Shown here: one piece after another, positions 41,064-54,329 of the stretch | Layout of the letters: every line of letters begins with the position of its first letter | Position numbering within the stretch: position 1 is the first letter of the stretch | NCBI GenBank assembly: GCA_025594325.1 | Contig: JANHCV010000012.1 | Location: forward strand, 1,178,001 to 1,242,000 | DNA length: 64,000 bases | Source of the DNA: Blastocladiella emersonii ATCC 22665 | Lineage: Eukaryota > Fungi > Blastocladiomycota | Direction of reading: 5' to 3' | Translations under genes and position numbers: made by a program | The notes under the pieces: generated by a model | What the model saw: the letters and a program-made list of their open reading frames with translations, nothing else | Databases searched by the model: none | Told to the model about the DNA's origin: nothing

Positions 41064-43170
41064 TTACACGGCGGGCGCAAACTCGAGCCGCGGCGCGTGT
41101 ACGAGAAGAATGTTGAACGCCGCGTTGTGGTCGCGGCTGAAGGTGAAGTGGCACCGCGGGCAGTGCTTGGTGGTCCACGGCGTGCGAGGCCGAACGACGA
41201 GGTCGCACGCGCCATCCGTGCGCTGCTGCGGCGTCGACAGCGCCGTGCACACGGCGCACCGCTTGGACGTGTACCCCTCGGCGACGCGGAAGATGTCGAC
41301 GCCGCGGCGCACCAGCTGGTCCACGATACCGACGACGGGACCGCGGTAAGGAACACGGACCCGGCCGTACGTGAACTGGTGGCCGATGCGCACGACCGCG
41401 TCGTTGAGCGGCTTGGCCAGCCCGTCGAACATCTTCTGGCGCTGCTGGTACGTGAAGAAGTTAAGGCGCCCGAGCGCCGCGCGCCCCGCCTCGGCGAGCG
41501 TCTCCTCCTCGGCCGCCACGTTGGCGCGGATCTTGTCGACGAGCGGGTAGGCGGGGTGCGCGGCTGCAGCACGGGCGCGGTCGTGCTCGTCGAGGTGGTA
41601 CCGCTTGCGCGACTTGCGCGAGCGGCGCGACTTGATGTGCGAGCCGGTCTTGTGGTGGAACTCGGTCGCCGAAATGCCGTCGAACCGGTGCTCGAGGCCC
41701 TCCTTGGTGAGGGCGACGTCGAGCAGGGTCTCGCCCAGCGGCTCGAGGGCCGCGGCCAGCGCATCGTCGTCGAGCGCGGGGTTGGCGTGCAGCGCGGCGG
41801 CCTCGGCGACGACGTCATCCTTGAGGTGGTGGAGGAGCGGGAGCGACACCGAAATGGCATCGATGGGCGAGTTGGCGCCGGGGTCAATCGAGACGCTCTT
41901 GGTCTTGCCGGCACGCACCGGGATTGGGCCCTGGTGCAGGTTCATGCCGGCGCCGCGGCGACGGGCGACCCGATGCTGCGGCGGCGGCGAGAAGACGAGC
42001 GGCGGGTCACCCGGCTCGACGTCGGGCTCGACGAGCGGGCCGGCGAGGGCACGGTTCACGAGCTCGGGGTCGCCCAGCTTGGCGACGTGCGAGGTTGACG
42101 GCGCATGGTCGTGCGGGCGCATCCCGTCGCGGTACATGAGGACCCGCACCGAGTGGCCGTCTGTCACGATCGAACCGAAGAACTGGTTAATGGGCTGGGC
42201 GCCGCGCCGAAGCCGCCAGCACAGGTCGTGCTTGATGAAGCGGGAGCAGTGGGCGAGGACGTGATCCCAGTAGGTACACCTTGGCGAGGCGCGCCTCCTC
42301 GAGCTCGTACTCGGCGATGCGCTCCAGCGCGCCGGCCCACTCCATGCCGTCCGCGTTGGGGTTCTCGAGGACTGTGTAGTCGGCCTTCGGCCAGGCGGCG
42401 AACGTGTCGCGGGTGATGGGCGAGTCCAGGTGCTCGAGATTCGCGGCCGTCAGGAGGGTCTCGAACGGCATGTTGAAGAAGCGGCCGCGGACCTTGAGCT
42501 TCGGCACAATGCGCGGGGCCGGGGTCGACGCCGGGACGGGCCCGCGGCGGACGTAGTCGTCGCGGAGCTGGTGCAGGCGCAGCAGGCGCGGGAGCCACTT
42601 GATGCCGCAGACGTCGATGCCCGCGTCGCCGCGGACGAGGTGCTTGGTGCCGCGGACCATGGCGTCGCGCGTCGCCCGCGGGACGCGGAGGTGGCGCGGC
42701 AGCTCCATCGGCAGTAGGGCGGGGCCCGCGCCTGGACCCGGCAGCCGGGCCTGGTGCGCCTCCGCGGCCGCCGCCCGCCTCTGCCAGAACTGCTCGGCGT
42801 CCCGCCGGCGACGGGCGGCGCGACGAGCACGAGGGCCGGGATGGGGACGGCGGCGGCGGCGGCCGTGGTGCTCGTGCTGCGCGACGGGCTGACGCGGCTG
42901 CGGCGGCGGGGCGGGCGCGGGCGCGGGCGGGTGGTCACGACGAGCACGGTGGGCTTGGGCGCGGAGCAGCTCGCGCTTGACCTTGGCGGGACGGCGGCGT
43001 GCGGGGGGCGGGGGCGGGTCGTCGAGGTACGCGTAGATCTCGGCCGCGTCGTCGGGATGCCGCTCGATCCACCAGTCGAGCCGGTACTGGGCGCGGCGCG
43101 CCGCCTTGAGCGACTTGATCTCCTGGTCGACGAGCGGCTCGGCCAGCTTGGTGATGTCGGCGGCGTCACG
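41064..43170 (-). pseudogene. Fanzor (eukaryotic TnpB-like RNA-guided nuclease), frameshifted at about 42275; 5' end unresolved (may extend to about 44135)
   Basis: FFGSIVTDGHSVRV (Fanzor1-type TDG), RuvC-I SIDPG, RuvC-II AEGYTSKRCAVC, and CPRC...SRDHNAAFNIL (RuvC-III plus zinc finger). Confidence 0.85.
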
Positions 43171-44413
43171 ATGAGCGGGAGCGGCGCGGCGGGTGGTGCA
43201 GCAGGTGGTGCGGGTGGCCGCGGGCCGCGGTTGGCGAGCACGAGGCCGGCGTCGGCGGCGAGATCGAGCGCGATGTGGCGCGCCGAGACGCGGCCGGGGC
43301 GGAAGGCGTACGGCGGGATCACCTGATGACACGCCGTGTGAGCAACGCGGTCCGCCCGAGATGTTCGGCCATGTGTGGAAATCACGTACCGCATGCTTAC
43401 CGCGTCCTTGCGTCGGGATGAAGGCCGAGCCCGCGTCGTACAGCGAACCCGGCGGGTACGACGGTGCGGCCATGGTCGACGCGGCGCTGATGCCAGTGCT
43501 GATGCTGGTCCGATCGGCGACACGGACGAGAGCGGCAAGGACGGCGAAGAGCGCCGCGGCGGCGGAGGCAGGGGCGAGCGTCGCGAAGCGCATGCCGTCG
43601 CGACGGGAGAGAGAGGGAGGGAGGAGCGAGAGCGCGGCGACGGCGACGGCAGGTGGTGGTCGCGCTGAGTGGTCGCGCTGAGCGATGCGGCGGTAGTGGT
43701 GGTGTGGTGGTGTGGTGGTGTGGCGGTGTGGCGGGGCGCAGCAGCAGGGGCGGGAGGGAGCAGGGGGCATCGGCGGGGGAGGCCGGCCTTCTTATACGGC
43801 GGCGGCGGGGCGGCGGGACAGCGGGACAGCGGGCGCGGCGCGCAGCACGGGGTCGCGTTCATCACTCGGCGGGGAGTGACGCACCAGCTCGCCCCCGCCA
43901 ACGCGGTTTCGGTCGGCCGACCGACCGCTCGCTCGACTTCTCCCCGCGACCACTCCTCGCGGAGCACTGCACCCGCACACCCTGCAACGGCTGCAGCAAC
44001 ACGCACACCATGGCACTCGGCCGACTGCACGGGGTGCGCGGCGGGCTGCTGCACGGGGCCCGCGGCGACAGGGTCCGCGGCGACAGGGTCAACGGCGGGC
44101 TGCTGCGCGGGGTCCGCGGCCAGGCGCGCGGCCATCTTCTGCAGTCGCTTGTTCTTCTGACGCCGATCGGCCCTTCTCGAGGGATCGGCGCTGGTCGACG
44201 TTCTGCAGGCCGCGGGCCGCGGGCCCCGAGTCAGCGCGCCGCGCCTCGCTGCGCAACGCGCTGCGCGTTGCTCACCCGGGGGCTGTGGCGCCGCCACCTC
44301 TCGTGGCGCCGGGCAGCCGAGCCGATCGGCCCGAATTTTCTCTTCTCATCGTCCGAAGCTGCTCAGCACAGCTTGCTGCATCGTGTTGCGGTCGGTTGCA
44401 TCGGGTTGTGCGA

Positions 44414-44790
44414 GCGTGTTCTCCACGGGGGGCGAGACGGACAAGACTTTGTTGGTGACGTTGCCCGCCCGCATGTCTCGCAGGTCCCGCACCGCGCAAG
44501 TGTGGCGCAGTGCTGGGAGTGACAGGCGTGCGTGGCGGATCGGCTGGCGGCTGCGCCTCCCCTGCCCGCGCGCCCGCCCGCCGCGCTCCCGCTCCCCACC
44601 CCGTCATCACCAACTTGACCCACGAAATCCTGTCCGTCTCGCCCCCTGTGGAGAACACGCCAGAAAACATGAAGTACTTGGATCTGCGCCCACGAACGCC
44701 GCCAGACCACCCGACCCATGTATCGCCACTCGCCGACGACGTCGCTACGTCGCACACGCTACGCACCACCACGACACTCGCCGTCACGAT
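44414..44790. repeat. Extra copies of the Fanzor end sequence: inverted at 44414-44460, direct at 44589-44790
   Basis: ccgctccccaccc(c)g(c/t)catcaccaacttgacccacgaaatcctg is shared with 40821-40862. tccgtctcgcccc..gtggagaacacgc is present in both orientations. Confidence 0.8.
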
Positions 44791-45284
44791 CGCCGTGCGC
44801 CCCGCGCTGGCTCGAAAACCGCCGTCACGCTGCCGGTCGGAACGCTGGCCATCTGCGCCGGTTTCCGTGGCGAAACGCTGCCCGACCGCCGCGGATGGTT
44901 TTGCGTGACGACCCGTGCCGAAACGCCGTCCGACCGCCTCGCTCGCCGTTTCCACGACGAATTTCTGCTCGTCCGCACCGACCGCTACTCGTTTCCCCGT
45001 GAAACTATCGTCAAATGCTGCGTGGTGAACCGCTCGCTGCGGTGTGACGGCGGACCGCCAGTCGCATGCTGACGATGCGGCCGGTCGGTTCCGTGACGCC
45101 CGCTGGAACGCTCGGCGGACGACCGACTATTCGTGGTTTCATGCGGATCGGCTCTGTGGTGGTGCTCTGCGTGTGTGTGCTGCGTGACGGCCGTCGGTGG
45201 TCCGATTGACGCTTGCTGGGCGAGTGGTCTGGTGTGCGAGCCGTCCGACGGAACCTCTGGTCGCTAACCGTGTCATCTGTGCAG

Positions 45285-45738
45285 GACCGAACTCTGCTCG
45301 TTCTCCGGCTTCAAGATCTACCCCGGCCACGGCAAGCTGTTCGTGCGCGGCGACTCGAAGACGTTCCGCTTCGTGTCGTCCAAGTGCGAGTCGTACTTCC
45401 ACCAGCGCCTGAACCCCCGCAAGATCTCGTGGACCACGCTGTACCGCCGCATGCACCGCAAGGGCATCACCGAGGAGTCGGCCAAGAAGCGCACCCGCCG
45501 CGCCGTCAAGGCCCAGCGCGCCATTGTCGGTGCCTCGCTCGAGCTCATCCGCGCCAAGCGCAACCAGACCACCGAGGTCCGCGCCGCGGCCCGCGCCGAG
45601 GCCATCAAGGCCGCCAAGGCCAAGAAGGAGGAGGCCAACAAGAACAAGGTCAAGGCCCCCAAGGCTGCCCAGCAGCCCAAGGCCTCGAAGCAGCAGCTCA
45701 AGGGCGCCGCCCCCAAGGTCAAGGCCACCTCCCGCTAA
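45285..45738 (+). CDS. RPL24: 60S ribosomal protein L24 (main exon; tiny first exon not resolved)
   Basis: [29 protein letters not shown]...[18 protein letters not shown]...[19 protein letters not shown] after a ctaac...cag acceptor. Confidence 0.97.
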
Positions 45739-46711
45739 GCCGCTTTCGTGATTGATCGGGCGGGGGCGTGTGATGGTTGGGTTGGAGGATTCTCTCTGCC
45801 GACAACATGCTCGTGTTTTCTTGAACGAATCTTGGTCGCGTCTGTGTGTGATGCGAGTTGAATGAAGTCGGTGCGAACGGAACACGGTGGTGCCCATGCG
45901 GGTCCGCCTACTGCAGTGCACTCAAGTGGAATCTCGGCGGCCGTGTGATGCGATCCATCGATGCTTGCAAGCGGCCCGCTCGCTGGAGAGAACACGTTTT
46001 CCGTCTCCCGACCGCGTGGTTGTGGTCGCCCGGAGAGCGCTCGTGTTGACCACGGCGGGAGACGCGACGGCGACGTTGATGGCGGCCAAGTCGCTGTGAT
46101 CGCGTCGCGTACGCACGCGCTGCGCCACGGCATGCCGTTCGCGAGCCGCCAAGAAGGCACGAGCCACGCCCGCCGCGGCACGGCGTTGAAGGGCGGGCAA
46201 TGGCTCTCGACGGGGCGGCCCCCACTGTACCGACCGTGTCTCCCTGCCCTCGCAACCTGCCTCCTCCTCCATCCCTCATCGAGGTGCAGGTGCTGGATCC
46301 GAGCCCGCACGGCAACTATCGATTGACGGACCAGGCGCGCGGGATCATCCGGGTCCCCTCCTCCTGCATGTGCGCCACGCCGCGCCGCGCCGCAGCCCGC
46401 CTGCCGAATCGCTCGCCATCAGTCGCTGCTTGCTGTCGCTTGCCCTTCGCCCTCGCCCTCGCCCGTCCTCTCTCTCCCTGCAACTCAACTGCACTGCGCC
46501 GACCCGGCCCTTCCATGCATCTTCGCTGCCGTGACCGCCGCTAACGCCGCCGCCGCCTTCCAGCCGACCGCTGCTGAGACCGCCTTCTTCGTCGTCGAAG
46601 TCCGCACTCGGTGACCGACCTCTCCCCTTCCCTTCCCTTCCCTCGCAACACATACCCGCTCTGTCGCCCATCAAGGCCGCCATCATCCACACCCAGCCCA
46701 CCATACCCACC

Positions 46712-49700
46712 ATGGCGCCACCAACAACACCGCGGCGCCCGCGCGGGCTCGCGCGCTTCATGTCGCGGCTCGGCCACGGCGTGTCCAAGGCGTCGCTCGC
46801 CTCGACCGCGACCCGCACCGTGTACTTTGGCGCGCCGCCGCCCGCGTCCGTCGCCGCCGCCCTCCCGCCGTACTGCTCGAACGGCATCCAGACGGCAAAG
46901 TACAACAAGTGGACGTTCCTGCCGCGCAACCTGGCCGAGCAGTTCTCGCGCGTTGCCAACCTCTACTTCCTCATGATCGTGGTCCTGCAGATGTTCCCCG
47001 CCATCCGGTCCACGCACCCGGCGATTGCCGCTATGCCCATCTCCATCATCGTCGCCGTGACCGCCGTCAAGGACGCGGTCGAGGACTACAAGCGCGCGCA
47101 GGCCGACCGCGAGCTCAACGACGCGCCGACGCGGGTACTGGCGGGCGTCGGGTGGTGGAACCCGAATCACCCGCCCCGGCCCTCGCTGCTCCAGCGCTGG
47201 GTGCCGTGGCTGTTCCCGCCGCCCGCCCGCGACCCGCACTCGGCCTCGGTCGCGTCGACGCCCCACACGTCCGTGCCGGGCACCCCGCCGCACCGCAGCA
47301 TGTCCCGGCCATCCTCGGTCCACGCCTCGCCCATCACCCCGCACGACTCGCTCAGCCCGACGGGCTCGATCCCGTACGCGCTCCCGCACTCGACCGACCC
47401 GCTCAACGCGCCGTCGGAGCCGCCACCGACCGCGTCGATGCCGGGCACGCCCGCGCGGCACCCCGTCTCGTCGGCGTTCCCCATGTCGCCCATGTCGCGC
47501 CAGAAATCGTTCAGCGTGACGCCGATCGCGACGGCCGCGTGGTACCCGACGACGTGGGCGTCGCTGCGGGTCGGCGACCTGGTGCGCATCGAGCAGGACG
47601 AGCCGATCCCTGCGGACGTGGTGCTGCTGTGCGCGTCGGGGCCCAACTCGACGGCCTACGTCGAGACCAAGTCGCTCGACGGCGAGACCAACCTCAAGCT
47701 GCGGCACGGCGTGCCCGAGTTTGCGCACGCCGACACGCCCGACCGGTGCGAGCAGCTGCGGTTCGTGCTCGAGAGCGAGCCGCCCAACCCGAAGCTGTAC
47801 ACGTACCGCGGCACGCTGCACGTGCACGTCGAGTCCGATGATCCCGAGGGGGACGAGGTGGCGTCGGTCCCCGTCGTCGCCGACAACCTGCTCCTGCGCG
47901 GGTGCATCCTGCGCAACACGGCGTGGGCGATCGGCGCCGTCGTGTACACGGGCGACGAGTCCAAGATCGTGCTCAACTCGGGCGAGACGCCGTCCAAGCG
48001 GTCCAAGATCGACCGCGACATGAACCCGCAGGTCCTGCTCAACTTTGGCGTGCTGTTCCTGCTGTGCCTGACGTGCGCCGTGCTCAACACCACGTGGGCA
48101 AGGTCGCCGGGCATCTTCGGGTACACAGACCCGCGCGCGTTCCGCCAGTTCGAGTCGGGCCGGTCCCGCGCCGACGACGGCGTGTTTACCTTCTTTTCTG
48201 CGCTGGTCCTTCTTCAAAATGTCGTTCCTATTTCGCTGTACGTGACGATCGAGTTTACCAAGACTTTCCAGGTACGATGCGGCGGCGGGGTGGAGGAGGT
48301 CGCCGGCGACCCGGGGTGGCGCAGCGCGGCCCCGAACTCTGACTCACCCCCTTTTTCTCTCCACCCCTCCTCTCCCACCTCCATCACCCCACTCATATCA
48401 TGTAGGCCTTCTTCATCTACGCCGACGCCGACCTCGCCCACAACGGCAAGCCGTGCGTGGCGCGGACGTGGAACATCTCGGACGACCTGGGCCAGGTCGA
48501 GTTCGTCTTCTCAGACAAGACGGGCACGCTGACGCAGAACATCATGGAGTTCAAGCGGTGCGCCATCGCCGGCCACGTGTACGGCGGGGACATTTCCGAG
48601 TTCCTCGTCGCGCAGCGCACGCTCCTCCCGCCGAACCCGTACGTCGCGCACCAGCCGACGTTCGGCGACGCCGAGCTCGTCCGCCACCTCGCGCACCCGC
48701 CGTCACCCGCGTGGCACGACACCGCGCACCACTTCTTCACGCTTCTCGCGACGTGCCACACGGTGCTCGCGGACCGGTCCGACGCGTCGCGCGTCGAGTA
48801 CAAGGCGCAGTCGCCCGACGAGGCCGCGCTGGTCGCCGCCGCGCGCGATGTCGGGTTCGCGTTCCTCGCGCGCGACGGGAACCGCATCTCGCTGCACGTT
48901 TTGGGCAGTGCGTCGCGGGCCGTCGAGCTGCTGCACGTCATCGAGTTCAACTCGACGCGGAAGCGCATGAGCGTCGTCATCCGCGACCCCGCGGCGGGCA
49001 AGGTGTTCGTGTACACCAAGGGCGCGGACAGCGCCCTCTTCCCGTTCCGCCTGCGCGTCGGCCAGGAGCCGATGATCGCGTCGACGACGGCCGCGCTCGA
49101 GACGTTTGCGACCGAGGGCCTGCGCACCCTGGTGCTCGCGTTCCGCGAGGTCGGCGACGCCGAGTACACCGCGTGGGCCGCGCGGTACCACACGGCGTCG
49201 GTCCAAATGGACGACGGGCGCGACGCTGCGATGGAGGCGCTCGCGGACGAGCTCGAGCGCGGGCTCACGCTGCTCGGGGCGACCGCCATCGAGGACAAGC
49301 TGCAGGTCGGCGTCCCCGAGGCCATCGCCACGCTGTCGGCGGCCGGCGTCCACGTCTGGGTCCTCACCGGCGACAAGACCGAGACCGCGATCAACGTCGG
49401 GTACGCGTGTAACCTCATCACGCCCGAGATGCCGCTCGTCCTCGTGCACGGCGCCGGTAGTGGGACAAACGGTGGGTCGGTCCAGGCGCAGCTCGATACC
49501 GCCCTTGCGCTCGTGTCGAGCGGCGCGCCCGCCGCGCACTACGCGGTGCTCGTGATCGACGGCGACGCGTTAACGGAGACGCTCGACGAGAAGTCGCCCG
49601 CGGTCCGCCGCCAGTTCCTCGAGCTCGCGCTCCGGTGCCGCCACGTCATCTGCTGCCGCGTCAGCCCGCTCCAGAAGGCCCAGGTCGTCGCGCTCGTCCG

Positions 49701-51408
49701 CCGCGAGCTCAAGGTCGTCACGCTCGCGATCGGGGATGGCGCGGTACGTTTTTTCTTGCGCGCGTGTGGGTCTTTGCGGGTGCTGACACTTGAGTGGGCG
49801 ACTGTAGAACGACGTGTCCATGATCCAGGAGGCCGACGTCGGCGTCGGGATCTCGGGCGAGGAGGGCCTGCAGGCGGTCATGGCCAGCGACTACGCGGTG
49901 GGCCAGTTCCGGTTCCTCGTCAAGCTGATGCTGGTGCACGGGCGGTGGTCCAACGTGCGCATCGCCAACATGATCAACTGCTTCCTGTACAAGAACGCAA
50001 CGTGGACGTTAGCGTCGTTCTGGATGCAGTTCTTTGCCGGGTACGTGTTTCCGGGATCGTTCGCTCGTCGGGTGTGGCGCTAACGCTTGGAACGAACAGG
50101 TTCTCGGCCGAGATCATGCACGACTACCTGATCATGATCATGTTCAACACCATCTTCACGCTGGCGCCGGCCATGGTGCTGGGCGTCTTCGAGCAGGACC
50201 TGCCGCAGCAGGTGCTCCTGCGGTACCCGCAGCTGTACGCGAGCGCGCGCGCGCAGTTCACGCGGCCGCGGTTCTGGTGGTTCATGGTCGACGCGCTGTA
50301 CCAGTCCATGGTGTGCTTCTTCGTGCCCTTCTTCGTCTACTACGACACGTCGACGGTGCACCCGCACGGGTTCGGGTCGTCCAAGCTCGACACGTCCATG
50401 CCCGTTGCCATGGCCATCGTCTTTGCCGTCAACCTGTTCGTCGCACTCAACATGCGCAGCATCAACGCGCTCGCCGCGCTCGGCATCCTCGCGTCTGCCG
50501 TCTCGCTGCCCATCTTTGCGCCCGTCTACTCCCTGATCCCCGGCCCGTTCCACGGCGTCGCCGCCCACCTCGCCGCGTCCCCCGCGATCCCGCTCACCGT
50601 CGTCCTCGCCGTCATCATGTGCCTCCTCCCGCGCTGGCTCATCCGGTTCGCCATCGACGCGTTCCACCCGGACGACGCCCAGATCATGCGCGAGGTCCAG
50701 GTCGCGGGGCTACCCTGGCCCAAGGGGTCGCTCGCGTCGCACGGCGTCTTCTCGCCGTCCATGTTCCGCCCGTCGGGTACCTCGCCGACCCCCGGCGCCG
50801 CTGCAACGGGCGCGACCGCGGAGGTCGGCGGGATCGGCGGCAAGTCGACCGCGATGCCCGACCCCGCGAGCCCGAAACGCCGCTCGCTCCTGTACGACGC
50901 CGAGACCCGCACGACCATCGGCCGCACGGGGTTCGCCTTCGCGCAGTCCGCGGGCGCCGCCGAGACGGTCGTTTCGCCAACCGAGTCGCAGGTCGGCGGT
51001 AACGCGGGCCCGCCCCGCCGCCGCGCATCCCTCACGCCCAGCGTCCGATCGTCCGCGTCCAGCCTCCACTTCCACACGCCCGCGGCTACAGGGCACCGCC
51101 GGATCAACAGTGTCGGCGGGACGCCGTCCGCTCCGGCCAACGCGTCCGCGCACGCATCGCGCACGGTCCTCAGCAGTATGGGCCGGTTCGGCAGTCTCCC
51201 CGCGGTCGTCGACGATATCGACGCGGCGATCCCGACGGGGCCAACACCAACGACGCGCGCGCACGGGCATGCGCGGGGAGCATCGCTCGGCGGCGGCGGT
51301 GCGGGTGGGAATGCGTCAGTCCTCGAGACCATCGTGTCGTCGGCCATCGTCCTGCCGGACCCCGACATGGTCGAGGGCGCGAGCGAGGATGAGGATAGCG
51401 ATGTGTAG
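46712..51408 (+). CDS. P4-type phospholipid flippase ATPase (Dnf1/Dnf2-like), 3 introns
   Basis: [59 protein letters not shown] and AIGDG. Introns at about 48272-48406, 49743-49808 and 50040-50100. Confidence 0.95.
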
Positions 51409-51509
51409 GAGGTGTGTGTATGCATACAGAATAATACCGAAGCCATTTGCACACAACTGTTCGTGACCGTCAGGCTGGCGCCGAGTTCTGCATGGCCGGC
51501 GGAGCGCAA

Positions 51510-51900
51510 GTGGGAAGGGCGGGCGCAAGGCGCGCGTCATGGGCGGCGAAGGCTGAGCGCGGATCGGCGACAGCTGAGCGCGGGTCGGGAGAGTGTAACG
51601 CGCACATCAAGGGCGGCGACAGCCGAGCGCGAGTCAAAAGAGTGTAAAACGCGTGCATTAAGGGCGGCGACGGCCGAGCGCGGATTGGCGACGGCGGAGT
51701 GTGGGTCGCGAGAAAGTAACACGTGCGTCAAGGGCGGCGACGGCCAATCGCAAGTCGGAAGGGCGCAAGACGCGGGTCAAGGGCGGCGAAGGCCGAGCGC
51801 GGATCGGGAGAGTGTAACGCGTGCGTCAAGGGCGGCAACGGCCAAGCACGGGTCGGATGAGTGCGAGGCGCGCGTCAAGGGCGGCAGCGACCTGGGCGGG
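51510..51900. repeat. Degenerate minisatellite of about 50 bp
   Basis: About 6-7 copies of cgcgtgcgtcaagggcggcgacggccgagcgcg with variable linkers. Confidence 0.75.
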
Positions 51901-52132
51901 CGGTTCATGTGGGCGTGAGCGACGCGTGAGTGGCTCAGCTCCGACCTTGAGCGTGCACGCGCGCATGAGTTTCCGTCGCCGCTCGCGCCCCACATGGGGC
52001 CGACAGTCGCCGCGGCCGCCACCGCCACCGACGCCCAACCAACGCCCACCACGACGGCGAGTATAAAGCCGGCGGCACCTCGAGCTCGCCCTCGCGCTCT
52101 CTTGCTCGCTCGCCATCCGCGCGACAGTCACC

Positions 52133-53484
52133 ATGCGCTTCATGTTCCTGCTCGTTCTCGCGGCCATGCTGGCCATCGGCGGCCAGCTCGCCTCGGCTAG
52201 TGACTATCCGTCCGTGATCGACAGCCGACAGCCCTGCCCTTCAAACATCACCACTCACTTGCAGGATCGCCCACGACGGCCACCTGCAGGACCAAGATCT
52301 CGCTTGGCGGCATGGCGCACATCCAGGACCGGCGTTTCCACAACACGGGCCGGTGCATCGACTTTTCCGAAGCTACAGCGAGTGCGTACTCTACCCTGTG
52401 TCGGCTGCGTCCGGCCATGTAATCGCTCATCGCCTGATCGCGTTTGTAGACGGCCAGTCGGCCAAGGCACAGTTGTGGGCGTGCACCAACTATCGGAACT
52501 TGGAGATGGGCTACCGGGGGCCAGACACGTCGCCGCACGTCCATGAGGTGCGCGAGGTCCGCAATCGGCACTATTACGCGCGCCAGTACGTTTAGCAAGT
52601 CGGCGCCTTCTCACAAATGTGCTGTATCAGTCGCTGACTCGGGCTCAATGTCGATTAGGATCGTCCACATCCACAACGGCGTCGAATACTGCCTCGACAT
52701 AGCCGAGGGCAGCGCGCATCCAGGCGCAGGTGTCCGCTGGTGGAAGTGGTACGGCCCCGTTGCTCAGCGCGACGCACGCATCAGCTTACGCAAACGCTCC
52801 CCATGCAACCAGCAACGGGACCCCGGCGCAGGACTGGTCGTTCCCTCCTTATGACTTCACCCCCATTCGCTCGGTGGCGAACCCAGCCCTCTGCCTCGAT
52901 CCAGAGCACGGTACGCTGGTTGAGCGCTGGATCGACACCAAACCCTCGTCACTAACAGCAACGATGGCAACGGCACACCGCTAGGCTTCAACGACGACCG
53001 CAACGGCCAGCGGCTGCAGCTGTGGCACTGCCACGGCGGCAATGAGCAGCTTTTCTACACGGGCAACCCAACCAAGGAGTTCACCAACGGCCTGTACGAC
53101 ATGCAGCGCGAGTGCCGCGCCCAGGGCTCGTCGCGCGAGCCGTGCACCTTCACGTGCGCGTACCGCAAAGACTGGAAGCACTTCTGGTACGACGGCGTCG
53201 AGTTCTCGTGCGGGTACCCGGACGGGCGCAACGGGGCACTCATCTGCACCTCGCCGCTCGACCAATACACCTACCAGCACGACTGGTACATCGAGCCGGA
53301 GCCGCTGTGCTGGTGCGAGTGCAGCTCGTGGGGCGGCGGCGAGGAGAAGGTCGGCGCGCACCGTAACCGCACTCGCAAGTTCGCGCTCAAGGGGACCCTC
53401 GGTCGCGCCACGATCCAGGCGACCAAGTCGGCGACGGCGGTGGCCTCCGCTGCGCCGACCCTCAACGTCCGCGGCCGCCAGTAG
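52133..53484 (+). CDS. Secreted ricin-B lectin-like protein with a Cys-rich C-terminal domain, paralogue A, multi-exon
   Basis: Signal peptide, CIDFSEA/AQLWAC, CLDIAEG/VRWWK, CLDP/LQLWHC and CTFTCAYR...WYDGV..SCGYPDG...LCWCEC. TATAAA at 52062. Confidence 0.8.
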
Positions 53485-54329
53485 GTAGCCTGACTCGCGC
53501 ATCGGCCTGCCCGACTCGCGCTCCATCCTTTGTGTCCTCATAACTTTGTGTTGCAGCAAGTAAAATGCATGGTTTATCCATGTGTAGTCCATCACGGTTG
53601 ACTTGAGGTGAGAGCGCGGACCTGAAGTCGCCGCCTAGCCCCGCGAAGCATCCTCGCTCTCTCACTCCCGCCCGATGATATCCCATGAATATAAGCCCCT
53701 ACGCGATCAAACCTTCCCCAAAGATGAGAGCGATGATCAACTGGAGCAGCCGTCAGCCGGACAGACACGGCCGTGGAGCGTATGGCTTCGGAAGCGGCGC
53801 TCGTCTCGACGTGAGAGCAGGCCGAAGCGCGAGAAGGTGTGGCTGTGACGCTGGACGTGCGACGCACCATGACATTGGAAGACACGCACGTACTGCTTGG
53901 TCGAGGCCCGCGCCGCCCTTGCGGAAGCCGTGCGCGTCAGGTCGCCGATCCTCGCCTCGCGTCCCCCGCGTGCGTCAGAACGCGGTTTGACGCCCGCGCT
54001 CGCGTCGCAGTAGTCGTACGTGCCAGATCGCCGATTCTCGCTTCGCGCCAGTCGCGTGCATCGATCGGTCTGCAGCACGATTCCCCTTGCACCCGGTACC
54101 TCGTAAGCGAACAGATCGCGAGTGTATGATCATGCCGATGGAGCGGACCGTGCGCAGTGGTCTCACGCCGCTGGTGGTGCTCCGTCGACCGCTGCAACTG
54201 AGCTGGCGAGCGCCTTTCTTGTTGTTCGTGAAAATCTTCCCGCTTTGACCTTTTCGAAGTGGTGCACGGAGAGCTGCAGCGGGTAGCGGTTGCACCCGCA
54301 AGATCGTGTGCGCCCTCTAGGCTCCCGCA

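Noticed and set aside
51510-51900. CRISPR-like repeat-spacer array
   Set aside because: Repeats are degenerate, linkers are short and related to each other, there are no cas genes and the context is eukaryotic. It is a minisatellite.
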